Source of the DNA: Marsupella aquatica | Taxonomy: Eukaryota; Plantae; Marchantiophyta | Assembly (NCBI GenBank): GCA_973895155.1 | Contig: OZ316898.1 | Coordinates: 1,711,927 to 1,775,926, forward strand | Direction of reading: 5' to 3' | Length of the DNA: 64,000 nt | Shown here: piece by piece, positions 1 to 12,522 of the stretch | Numbering within the stretch: the first letter of the stretch is position 1 | Layout of the letters: each line of letters begins with the position of its first letter | Translations under genes and position numbers: made by a program | The notes under the pieces: generated by a model | Told to the model about the DNA's origin: nothing | Databases searched by the model: none | Seen by the model: the letters and a program-made list of their open reading frames with translations, nothing else

Positions 1-175
1 ACATACAACATATTTTAGATGTAAGATGGGGTGAGGTGCCCAGGAGGCCAGGAGGCTAGGACACCTTGGATTGATCTTGGAGTTTATAAATTTTCAAACC
101 ATGCCCAGCTAGTATTTCTATGCTTGGATCCAATCATCAATTAAAACCAATTGGGATTTCAGAACTTTTCTGCCT

Positions 176-225
176 GCTTGGATAACATTGTTGACACAAG
201 GCTTGGATAACATTGTTGACACAAG
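176..225. repeat. Perfect 25-bp tandem duplication
   Basis: GCTTGGATAACATTGTTGACACAAG at 176-200 and 201-225. Confidence 0.9.
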
Positions 226-1559
226 CCTAACAGTCTAATGACCCTCTGGTCCGTACATTCAAAAATACAACTTGTGACCACTGGTTTCTATAAATCAGTT
301 TACCTATGGTTGAGCATCCTTGTTTGTGTGGGCCTTCTATGGCCTGTCCAATTTTGTGGCATCTAACTTGCTCCCACTATTCCTACGCATGGGATCTAAG
401 GAAATACGTCGTGACATATATTTAGAGTAAAAAGGGTTAATGTACCGGGCATTTTGAGATCCTATCTAAGCTTTTGACTGGTTTAGTTGTTACACCAAAT
501 GCAGCTGTTTACAATATCCTACCACCATAATGGCAGGAATCCAAAGAATCCCCCACTCCAACAGTTTAAATTAGATGATTGTCTGTTTCCAACACCAAAC
601 TCAAGGGAATGAGTGAGTAGTTCTCTGGTGTAGAGTTCTTGCTTTCATCAATTGTTAGTGAAGATCTCACTGAAGTTGATGAGGGCACTGTTTGCTGGTG
701 TAGGAAGTCTGTTCATCATGAGTAATCAAGGGCCCAACTCGATGTAATGAGATTTGGTCTCCATGAATTATATCACCAAGGCTGCTGCTCTGACTTGGGA
801 TTGAACAACTGCTATACTGAGCATCTCTTTGTAAATTTTCCACTGCTCCGGATCAGATGGCTATACAAATCTTGTTGTAAGTATACCTTGTCAAGTTCAT
901 GCCATGCCACTCCAACCCCATATGATTTATTTATCTTTGTCTAGAACTCAATTCCATATGCCAAGAAAGACACTTTTTTTTGGCAGTCTTTCTTGGGAGT
1001 GAGCCCAAAGTAAAAACCAAGACCTTAGAAGGAAGGTCAACTGCCCACTGACCCCATATTATATGCACCTGGCCAAGTATGAAGAATTTTAAGAGTACCA
1101 AATGCTGGGAAATATGCAGACCACCTTTGCAAATCCTTGGGCACAAAATATGATTGATGTGATGACAGGCCAACCAGACTCCTCATGGTTGCCTTTAAAC
1201 ATTAGCCATGACAAAACCTGGATCCACCAGGTTTCACCATTAAAGTTGAATTTTTCACATATTGTGGAACCATTGGCACTGTAGAGGAGAGAGTGAGTTG
1301 AATGTGGAGAATAGAGAACTCTTGGACACCTCCCCCTTATAGAAGGCCAATGGCAGCTTAATAGCAGGAATGAGGGAGGCTCAGGTTAGTATATTCTCTG
1401 AAAAGTGGAATATTGTAGAGTGAGAACGTAGTCTGATTCCTGGTTTTTATATGTGAAACATATGCCTAAGCACAATTCTAAGACCTATTAGGGCTTGTCA
1501 AAGTTCTGATTCCCAGTTTTCATATGTGAAGTATATTCTAAAACATATTAGGGCGTGTC

Positions 1560-2622
1560 AAAGTTCTCCCATAACCTAAGTGTTACGGTTTTACTTTTTT
1601 GGACGTATCACCCTTGTGGGGTATGTGTTTTAGTACCCCAAAGTGTTCTCCCATAACATAAGTGTTACGATTTACTTTTTTGGAGGTATCACCCTTATGG
1701 GGTATGTGTTTTAGTAGCCCAAAGTGTTCTCCCATAACCTAAGTGTTACAATTTTACTTTTTTGGACATATCACCCTTATGGGGTATGTGTTTTAGTAGC
1801 CCAAAGTGATTATGTCCTGGCCTTTTTTGGACTTATCACCCTTATGGGGTATGTGTTTTAGTACCCCAAAGTGATTATGTCCTGGCCTTTTTTGGACTTA
1901 TCACCCTTATGGGGTATGTGTTTTAGTACCCCAAAGTGATTATGTCCTGGCCTTTTTTGGACGTATCACCCTTATGGGGTATGTGTTTTAGTACCCCAAA
2001 GTGTTCTCCCATAACCTAAGTGTTACGACTTACTTTTTTGGACGTATCACCCTTATGGGGTATGTGTTTTAGCAGCCCAAAGTGTTCTCCCATAACCTAA
2101 TGGACGTATCACCCTTATGGGGTATGTGTTTTAGCAGCCCAAAGTGTTCTCCCATAACCTAAGTGTTACGATTTTACTGGACGTATCACCCTTATGGGGT
2201 ATGTGTTTTAGCAGCCCAAAGTGTTCTCCCATAATCTAAGTGTTACTATTTTGGATGTATCACCCTTATGGGGTATGTGTTTTAGTAGCCCAAAGTGTTC
2301 TCCCATAATCTAAGTGTTACTATTTTGGATGTATCACCCTTATGGGGTATGTGTTTTAGTAGCCCAAAGTGTTCTCCCATAACCTAAGTGTTATGATTTT
2401 CATCCACCCTTATGGGGTATGTGTTTTAGTAGCCCAAAGTGTTCTCCCATAACCTAAGTGTTATGATTTTCATCCACCCTTATGGGGTATGTGTTTTAGT
2501 AATCCAAAGTGTTCTCCCATAACCTAAGTGTTATGATTTTACTTTTTTTGGACGTATCACCCTTTTGGGGTATGTGTTGTAGTAGCCCAAATGTAGTAGC
2601 CCAAAGTGATTATGTCCTGGCG
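1560..2622. repeat. Modular tandem array with 14 copies of a ~45-bp core and two alternative linker types
   Basis: Core GTATCACCCTTATGGGGTATGTGTTTTAGTA(C/G)CCCAAAGTG is repeated 14 times. Cores are separated by linker A (TTCTCCCATAACCTAAGTGTTA...) or linker B (ATTATGTCCTGGCCTTTTTT). Confidence 0.95.
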
Positions 2623-4134
2623 GTAACTTAGTTGTCCTGAACCATAACTGCTTTGACACCACCCTATTGTTCTAGTTTCTCATGACATGGGTGTTTTTTT
2701 TCTGCTCTAGACAACAAAATGCTGTATTTACCCGCACTTGGGTTTAAGTAATGAACGACGTCCTACACCTTCGCCTCATGATGGTCAAATCCAGGCACAT
2801 CGACTGTAGTGGTTAAATCCACACCATCAATCTCAATGAGCGTACAGACTCTTCAGCATGGATAACCCAAAGTGGGTGCTACATCCAGGGGCGACAAGGA
2901 AGTCGTAGCACTTCAATGGTGTGCTGTAACCAAAGCTCGTCCACATGCATAGTTTGACGAACACGGGCAAGTCCAGTATGTTACTTGGCAGGCAAATCAT
3001 TCATACAACCAAGGAATAACAAAGATTGGCATTCATTTGTCGTCGACAACCCGTGCTGCAGGCCAGGAAACTCCAACATCTCTAGTGAGAATTTCCAGAA
3101 ATGAGATGAAAAGTGAGGCAGAATCCCCTCGTCAAAACAGAAACATCAAATCAAAGTTTTGTCTGTTACGATGACGAAAGGAACTTGGGACGAAGGATGG
3201 TCCAATCCCTATCTAATGCAGAATTGAACCTGTCATGTGTCCAGTGCATGCGAGCAATCGGTAAGCAAGGTAAGATTAATGTCTTCATGAAGTCAGTCTC
3301 AAAGATATCATCCGATTGAGCCTGAATGACTTGGCATCACCAAAATGACACAGGTGACCCTTATGATGCTCATCCACTTGACTTCATACCGACCTCGAAT
3401 CTGAACCTCCTAAAAGCATGGCAGCGTGCAGCAGAGGTGAAATCAGAGAGCCACCAAGATTCCACACTTAGGGGGAGAGAAAGAAGAATGGAAGTCACAG
3501 GTACCCAGGTGAAGCTATGTTAGCCATCCACGTTGGAAAAGTAACGCCACCCTTCCCAGCGGTGTCCCATTCTCTTCTTTTGCAGTTTGAACACCACGAG
3601 AGATCCGGACTGAAGTGGAAGCAGTTGTATCCTTGAAAAGTTGGAAGAATATACAGCGTGGGAATGCAAGACTTCATTAATTTGATCTAAAAATACCTAA
3701 GAACCGTGACTAACGAGTTGGCCTCCGCTAGTGGCCAATAATGAACTTCGACCTCATGAATTATATACAACCTCGAGGAACTAGGATTGAGGACACACCT
3801 CAGAGACAAAGGGCTCCCTGGACCTTCTTGCAAGTATTGCAAGTACTAACGGCATTAAAAATGGATCACTTACTCTACTTACACCGCAAGTTATATCCCA
3901 TGTTGTTCTCCCAGGCAGCTAAGCCTGAATACAAAGCTATAGATTTTAAGCACATAAACTTCTAAGAGTACAATGAAGCTTTGCTTCAAAAAAGAATCCC
4001 AGAACGTTGTTGAAAAGGCTACAATTACAGGCTAGAGCAATGTTAGCAGGTGACTGATGATAATCAGAAATGAGTACCCCCAGCACTTGCGCTGCAGCAG
4101 TCTGCCAGCATTTTGTAAGAAAAAAGCGTTCCCC

Positions 4135-7100
4135 TTAGCTGGCACATACTGTTCTCTCAAAGTGGTTTATTCCGTTGGGTGCCTCCACTTGTGAGCTGTG
4201 ACCTGCCCTCTTCCTCAACGTAGCAGAACCATCTGTCTCAGAGGTCAAGAGGTCTGTAGAATCCTCGTGCTCTTTCACGAGGGAAGCAAGCTCAGACGTA
4301 TCCATCGAGCTCGACCTCTTGCAAAGACCACAAATTTGTTGTTCCTCATATCCAGATTTCACATCTCCCAAAGAAGCACTCCTTACAATAGTTGGTGTGA
4401 GATGTCGTCGCTTTGCATCAGTAACATTGTCCCCAAAGTTTGGATCGGATGCACCATCTGTTTCCCCACCAGTCATGCCATTGGCAGATAACTTGGTAGC
4501 CTTCCTCTTTTTCTGTTTCTCAACCTGCCTCGGCATCACTTCAAAGAAATAATTTCCTCCATTCCATACCGAAGCTGTCAATTTAAAGATCTCGAACAAT
4601 GTATGCATACGATAAGATTTGAACATTGGCACTGTAAGAGCCAAGGTGGCGACAGTGAAGATAGCCTGCAACACCGCGTACATGAACACGCGCTTATCGT
4701 CACCTAGTAGACCACTCACGCGCCACCAGACATTGTTCGCCCGTTCTGCCTTCCGAGACAGCTCTCTGCAATATGTGACACGTTGTTGAAGGTGAGTAAA
4801 ACTCATCAAACGAGAGCAATGCGAGTGAAATTTTTACAGCAGCAAAACTTCAATCATCCTCACCTGTACGATGTCATAATTTCCGGATCATTGAGCATAC
4901 GTTGACGTCGCAAGACATTTACGATCAAGAAGTAAAGCATCTGCCATAGGCTGTAACAGATAAGAGGCACCACAAACAACCAGGTCCACAAGGTGCGGTC
5001 ACTGTTTTCTAAGGGCCAAGCAGGCCACGGACCATTCACGTCCATTGAATGATGTGAGAAGGTCACAGGATCCCACCAGCGGATGATGAAGAAGACAGTA
5101 CCTGCGAAATTTCACCGCACAATGAGAAACTAATCCGTCCTATATACCCATTCGAGACAAACGTAACTTCTCCGCAGCCAAGCAAACGGCTCGTATCTAG
5201 TTTCTCTAGCAGGCCACAGCTTTGTAATGGGAAGTTCTTCAATAGAGACTCTGAGAATGGAGAACCATGCCTCCCTACCTGGTAACAAATGAATTAAAAC
5301 ACTAATAATCTTGTCGATGGAACTGAAGACCAGACTGCACCTCCAGACAATGAGTGCCCATGCTAAAGGTCCCTGTGCACATTTCCATCAAGAACAAATA
5401 AGAATCTGTGTCGTGAACACATGGCTGCGTAATTGTGGAGGAATATCAGCATAACTTGGACAGTATCAAACCGGCGACCTGTACCTCGGAAAAAGAGAAG
5501 CAGACAAGGAAGAGTTTGTCATGATTCGGAAAGAATAGCAGCATGCCCATGAATATCGCATTGGCATAGTAGCAAAAGTCCTGCAATTAAGGAGAAATAA
5601 TCAGTTCAGTAAACATCACTCTTCTGTATACCGCGCAATCGCTAAATTAGTTTGCTTTTCATTTATTACTTAGGATAACCTCGGAACAACAGCTGTCGAT
5701 ACAGCAAGGATAATGTGAATGCTGAGGTTTCCCTTCAATGTCACGAAACGTCCCCAACGAACTCAAACGTGGCTAATCCTAGACGTGTTTTAACAAATTC
5801 TTTTCATTAATCTCCTGACATGTCGGGAGGGAATTCTGTTCAGTATAAGCTACAGTTGTGCAGGACATTTCTGATGTTCTCTAGTGAAACCTCACTAACA
5901 GGCGCTACAGATGTGAAGGTCATTTGACAGGTCTTCTTGCACGAGCTTACCAGAGACGCAATTCTCAGGTCTAAGCAAGCCTTGTGAGTTATTCGTTCTA
6001 ATTTTCTTTGAATTACGAAACCTAAATATCAATGGTGAGAAAAGAGCCGGTGAAACTTTCTCTGGCCAGGACGCATTCAGAGATTGATTGTTGAGTCCCC
6101 GGTGCCCTTAAAACTAACACGGACAGACAAGAGGTAACAGAACAGGAAAGGAACGTTTCTGTAAGAGATGCATTCAGCACCGAACGTAATAATGACTTCA
6201 GACCCTGAAAACAATTTACAAAAAATCGTCAACCGACCGAAACCCGAGACAAACTTACCAAAAGATAGTAGTGCCACTTCTTGATGCGATAATATATCCA
6301 CCTGAGGGGTGCCACCGTGATAAAGAAGAGACAATATAGGTACGGGATGTCTTGTGGTCCTGCAGATGTACATTAGGTCTCCTAATTAGTACCAGACGAG
6401 GATACGAGACCCTGCATTCATGAAAGGCAGGGCACAAGATTGCGCACTGAAACAAAAAGACAAAAAATCGAGATTCGAGTAAACGGAGCAGCCAATTCCT
6501 TCAATGAAGACCAAAACACGAGGAGTAAACTGCAACGAAAAGAAACTCTGACTTTAGAGAGACACTTACTTGAGCCCAGCAAGTAACAAAAGGTGCCAAA
6601 TGAAACAACCCCAAGGCAATAAGTCACCTGCAAGATGCTCCCAATATCACTTCCATTAGCACGTCTTCAAAGCTGCGATGTTTTACACATGACCGGAAGA
6701 AAACACGACCCACGGCAAAATGTGAAGGACAGGAGGTTTAGAGTTGCAACAAGACAATAACGAGCAGAAACTCGGCCTTCAAACTGAAGCAGAAAAGGAT
6801 CTTGAAAAGTGACTTCGGACACAATTTGGTAGATTTCGGAGCACACGTAGCTCCAGGCAGGGCTTCAAGGAGAGAAAAACTGACCAAAAAAACCATGGGA
6901 AGTGCAGGTCGACAACCCATACGTCTACTACTCAAAGACAGGCGCAAAGCAACATAAGCAGGAAAACCTACAACGTTTCCGGACGTTGCCTTCATAATTG
7001 AACGGTTAACGACCAAAGCGATCTTACTATCGAACCAACATTGGAATAAGGAGGACCCACCTTGTTCAGAAGCTGCTGATGCTCATCGGCCTGCTTTGCT

Positions 7101-7438
7101 ATCTTCTCTGCGTGCTTTGTTATCATCTCTTTCGTCTGCAATACGACCTGCCAGCACGAACAAAGGTAGACACTGTCAAAACCTAAAGGCCCCCCAAAAA
7201 CCCCTCAATTCCCAAATCAATGAGTTCCTTCCAGATGACATGTAAATCCTGCCGTGACAAGATCCCATGTTCACTGCTGTCAAAGAACGGAAAGAATAGC
7301 TAAAGGTAGGAACCAGCAATGCGCGCGTGAATGAATGATTGTACGGCAAACCTTGGGCGGGGATTTCGAGCCTGCGGTGCGTCCGACGTAGTGATCCACG
7401 GCGTCAGGCCACATTCCGTCTCCGAACCGAGGAGCCAT
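4135..7438 (-). CDS. GPC1: Glycerophosphocholine acyltransferase (GPCAT/GPC1, DUF2838 family), 8 exons, ~463 aa
   Basis: Exons 7438-7352, 7147-7061, 6627-6570, 6359-6259, 5580-5485, 5372-5279, 5101-4864 and 4765-4135 are all GT-AG and in frame (1392 nt). Motifs [53 protein letters not shown] and [19 protein letters not shown] match plant GPCAT. Exon 1 (the start) is the least certain. Confidence 0.93.
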
Positions 7439-10400
7439 CGGAGTCAGTTTATTAGCCAGCCCAGCTCTCTAACAAAAAGGTGAACAAATTGGCCACCCGT
7501 AAAATTATCAATCCCAGTCGGGGCAGCACAGCCTCACAATCTGCTCGAAGGCGAAGGAGGCGGCCCTAAACACGATAATCGAATATACACCTTCAAGACC
7601 TGCTGATCCTATTCACCTGTTGATCCTAATCACCTGTTGATCAGTCAGTGCGGATCCGTATCCCAGCAATTATATATTACCGACAAGCAAATCCATCAAC
7701 TGTATCTGTGGTCACCCGTCCGTCCGCAATCCGATCCTCCGACAATCCAATACCGCGGAAAAACAAGAAACGAGCCCGGCGTTCAGTAACAGCGCTAAAG
7801 GACACCTTCTTCACATAACATTCACAACTCCCATTCCATCCTACAGCACCACCAGACGAAGCGCAACTATTTACACAATCCTCTGCAATCGCCGGCAAGC
7901 CACCGAAACCTTGTGCCTGTGTATCTAAGATATGTGCAACCGCCGTCAACTAACTCTACCAAAGTCCACAAATCTGACCGAATCCCGCCGATCGAAAGCT
8001 CGTCGTCTCCCAAAGACCCTGCGCTGCTGCGATCGAACTCCACCGCAAGAATGCGTCCGCGCCGTGATTACATGCGGTCTTAGGCCCCGTCGAACAGAAT
8101 GATGTCGATCAAGAGCCCAAAACCGTCTGCCACACAGCAGAATGATCCCCAAAACGATCCAACCTCTCCAAAAAACCGATCTCACAAACGCACACTCTAC
8201 CCACGAAGTAATACGATCCTAAAGCGATCCAAAAACGATCTGAAAACACGCACACTCTACCCACGAAGAGATGTGGAAGGAACCCACAATCATGGACAAC
8301 CTCGGCACCTCGGCGAACATCACCAATCATCAATCAATAATAATACTATCGCCCGAAAGCAAAGCAAAGCAAAGCAAAACTAGGAAGGGAGAGGAGGGGA
8401 GAGGAGGGGAGGCAAGAGAAGGGAATGGCAATGCGTGCTGTCACCCAACCTTGACAGACAATCTTTCGGTCGCACGGGGAAGGACACCAACGGGAGTAAT
8501 ACAGAACGGAATTGATGGAAGGAGGGAACGAGGAAAAAGAAACACCCGCGTGGCCTTCTTTCTTTGGCGAGAGCAGAGGCATTTTCATTGGCGAGGGAAA
8601 GAGGGAAAAGGGGGACAGGGGCAGGGGGCAGGGGGCAAGGGGCAGAGGACCCTGTCTGAAAGAAACGGACAGACACCCCACCAGTGGCGCTCTGGGGGGC
8701 TGGAGCCCTGTGGAGGAAAAAAAGGAAGGGAGGGAGTTTAGGGCCACGGGAAAGAGGGCCTTCTCCGGGGGCCAAGGAAAATAATAGTATAGGGTAACTG
8801 GCCTGGGGGAGGGGAGGATAAATAGTAGGGGTAATAACTGGCCCTTGGGCCAGGGGAGGAGGTTGTACAGGATAACGGGAGTTTGGGTCAGGTCTCAATG
8901 AATGAGATCAAGAGGAAGGCCTCTGGGTCATAAGCTTGGCCCAGAGGCCTTCCAGAGCCCGAGGATTGGATAGCCGCCGGATGCGAGGAAATCTTGCACG
9001 TCCGGTTCGGAGGGAGGCCAAATGATGTGATGATATCAGTTATTTTGAGGACTGCAACATAACCAGTCAATTGCATCTAAGTTGGCTCTAAGTGTGAGCC
9101 ATGGCACAAAACAGGCCATGGGCTCCAAGGCTCATCATCCCTAGCCCGTTTTGCCTAGTCTCAACAACTTCAAAAATGCATGTGAGAAAATTGTGTTGGG
9201 GGTTATGCTTAGGACAAAGGAAAAAAGAGAGGATGGGGTTATGGGCCAGGCAAATCTGGGTGGAAACTATGGGGCTGGCATGATACAAATATCAGTATTG
9301 AGTATGCAACGCGTTTGCCTTTGTTTTTACTTAGGTTTGAGCATGTTTATGTTGGATCATCTCCAAAGGTTACTCTTGGGAAGAAATACCCATAACAACA
9401 TACTTTTTCCAGTGGTTTTAATTCATGATCAAATGAAACTCAGCCCTAACCCTTATTGACTTATTTTCCTCCACGTTAGAAATAACCCTCACACCACCAC
9501 AGATGACAATCTTGAAAATCCCTAGCCCAGTAGAAAATCAGAATATTTTATTGTCTCCCAAATACAGATCCCATAACCATCAAACTGTGGCGGTCCAAGA
9601 ATTTATGGTGACGGGGGCTTAAGAGCAATGGTCATCCTGACTTCATTTCACCCTTTTCTTCAACATATAACTTTTAACCCTAAACGTTTCTTTTAGATGT
9701 TATTTTGAGTAACGTTCTCATCTGGACATTCTTGGCATAACTATCTACTTAGATTAACTTTTGGCTTGACGTCAACTGATGAAGCACTCATATAGTAATT
9801 CCTTAAATGGTTAATCCTTGTCATCGAAGCCACCACTTTAATAGGAAGATTGGTAGTCTACAAGGAGTGTCACTCATCAACACATATAGATATTTCGTTG
9901 TGCATAGGTACAGCTTGGTGGTATGAGTAAAGGGAGTGGAAACTAGGATAGAGCTCGGTTGCATGAGTTGTTTATCCTAGGCCTGATTGTCACGCCCATC
10001 CTGATTGACCTAAGATTGCTAGTGCCATGTGTCAATGTGTGAAAAGTGGGTGCCACCCAAAAAGTAGAATAATAAAAGTCCAGCTCTTAGTCATTCTTGT
10101 TAAAGTTTTGTTTAAGGAAGGGGACAGTGCCTCATCTATATCACACAAGGAGGCAAAAACCACAAGCAACAAAAAAACATCAAGCTCATAGGCGCGTAAG
10201 GGAGGGCCCGCTCCAGTAAAGCATCTACAACCAGCTGTTTCCCTTTTCGTTTCATCAACCCCCTTGAGGAAAATTTTTGTTGGTGACCCTGACTAAATCC
10301 CAACTTTCAGGCAAACTTAGGCCAGGGGTTTAGTTTTTATATGGGTCACAATGCCCACCTCATGTGTCACCGTCATTTTATTGGGAGAGGTTTGACGCCT

Positions 10401-12323
10401 TTATTGTTTGGACTAATTTTTTGTGTGGCCTCTGGTGTACTGACCTCCCAAGTTAGTGGTGGTAGCATTTCTTGGGAACCAAAGATTTATGACCTAGGGC
10501 CCATCCTGCAGCACTCCAGTCACTGGAAACCTTCATGTAACAGCAAGTTTGAGAACCTTAATATTAAGACAAACCAAACCTAATCAGCTCATGAGAACCT
10601 AAAGTGCCAATTGAAGGTAAAACCCCCTGAATGAGCCCATGAGTACCCAATTGCTTAATAATGGACCCTCACTTTGACTAAGATCAGTCAACCTAAAAAT
10701 TTCTTAGGCATTTAAGTGCCTGAAGGTAGAGAACACAACATTATGGCAATATTAGCCACTCAAACTCGAACCTCAAATTTAATTTTTGGGGGAAATATAG
10801 CTCCCAATGCCCCCTTGTAAACATGACTTTTCCATATACTAATCGAGAAGCGTAAATTTTCCTTGAGTGTGGTCATCGTGGTGAAAATATTTCAAAAGGA
10901 CAAGGCGCCCAATTCTTTTCGATTTCTTTTGCCCATCCCTCTCATCACCTTTGAAACGAATCTTCTGAGTCGCTCAGTCTCCGATTGGACGACTGACGCC
11001 ACCGGGCCACCTGTCACAACGCCCCATCCTGACGATTGCGGGTCTCGATTTGACGTCCCGACCGCGGAAAGATACCGTCCAAAATATTTAGCGTCCCGGG
11101 AATTTTTCAAATATGAGCCGTCCAGATCCGGAACACAAACGGACCAGATTAAGTGCTTCTATGCTTGTAAAGGAGCCGACATCGAACATGCGAACGGATC
11201 ACCGGATATGCCCGGTCCGAAGAATTGTACTCAACCGGATTCGAGCATCTCCGGGACAGCGGGAACCGGAGATTCCAACATATTCCTTCGCACTTTCGCA
11301 ACACACCCCTTAAATCATTACTATACGGCAAGCTCCCCAAACGAGAGAAATAGGCCAGCCGTCACTCTTGTACCGCCTTCGGCGCATTTAATTTGTGTAT
11401 GGTCGGTGAGCATGAGCTATCCTCAATAAAATAATCTCCGTAATCCGCTTACCTCAATAAAATAATATACTATAATCCTGCTAATGGGACAAAGTACTCT
11501 GACACCGAGGACTCTTTTTTCACAAGTGTGGGTGACACGTGCTTCCACGAGTACGAGTCGTAGAGCAACCGTATTACCGTACCATATCACGCTCATCATT
11601 TGCCCCCATTTTATAATCACGCATCAAAATATTATAATATATGATGTGCATAATATCATGGTAAGAAAAATATCGAATTCATTTTGTAGCCTTTAACAAG
11701 TCACTTTCTCCAAGTGGGGACCCATGTCACTAATCACACATCTAATAATATATGGTGTACAATATTGATTTAAAAAAGATAACTGGTTTGTCATGGTACG
11801 GAGGAATGGCATTTACCAAATTTTGATATGCAATTAGTGGGACAGACATTGAGCATCAACCTGTCATAGTGAAGCCACCACTACAGTAGCACTTATTCAC
11901 GAAATGCATTGGATTATGAGTGAACGGTACACTACATGCATTTTTCCCTATACGCATAGTCCGCCCTATCTAATATAATAGGTGCATAAGAAATCACTTA
12001 TGCACTTCTCCATAGTGTCGTGGGATCTTACACATAAACTGCTCATACTCTAAGCCTCATATTGCACATTTTATTTGCAGAAGTGCATCAAACGATGTAC
12101 AGTAGTTATTTGTGACACTTATTAATAAATGTTTTTATGTATGCATTGTAAGGACTGATAAATGCTTGTATACACTTATTGATAGAAATGCATTAATGTT
12201 ATTTTGTGTCAATATTATGTCCTTTAGGTCTACGTAGACTTCATTTTTTGGTACAAGATTTCTATAATATTATGGGATATATGTAACGTGCATTTTTGGA
12301 GCATTTGTAAAGAAAATTCTTAT

Positions 12324-12522
12324 TGTTATGAGGTAACTAGTCCTAGACTATCTAGGAGATTATCTTTACCATGGTTACCTCAAGACACTATATATACACC
12401 CGGTTAATTTTTAACCGGGTGATTCATTCATTCATTCATTCATTCATTCATTCGTACATTCATTAATACATTCATTCAATCTCTCTCCCTCTCCAACTAT
12501 GTATGAATTCTATATCACAACA
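12324..12522 (+). repeat. 5' LTR of the Bianca-type element (199 bp, with TATA box and ATTC microsatellite)
   Basis: Direct repeat of 16324-16356 plus 22191-22333. TG...CA ends, TATATATA followed by the hairpin CACCCGGTTAA-TTT-TTAACCGGGTG. Confidence 0.88.

Noticed and set aside
1-1300. Short ORFs that might be a decayed transposase
   Set aside because: No motif could be identified with confidence in any frame.
1560-2622. CRISPR-like appearance (constant palindromic repeat with variable intervening sequence)
   Set aside because: The intervening sequences are only two related linker types, not unique spacers. There are no cas genes and the context is eukaryotic and intron-rich.
8099-8898. 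Several 90-170-aa ORFs on both strands
   Set aside because: They are products of low-complexity purine/pyrimidine-biased promoter and UTR sequence.
10863-11429. 188-aa ORF
   Set aside because: Non-ATG start, no domain or splice support, and it spans a GC-rich repeat-like patch.
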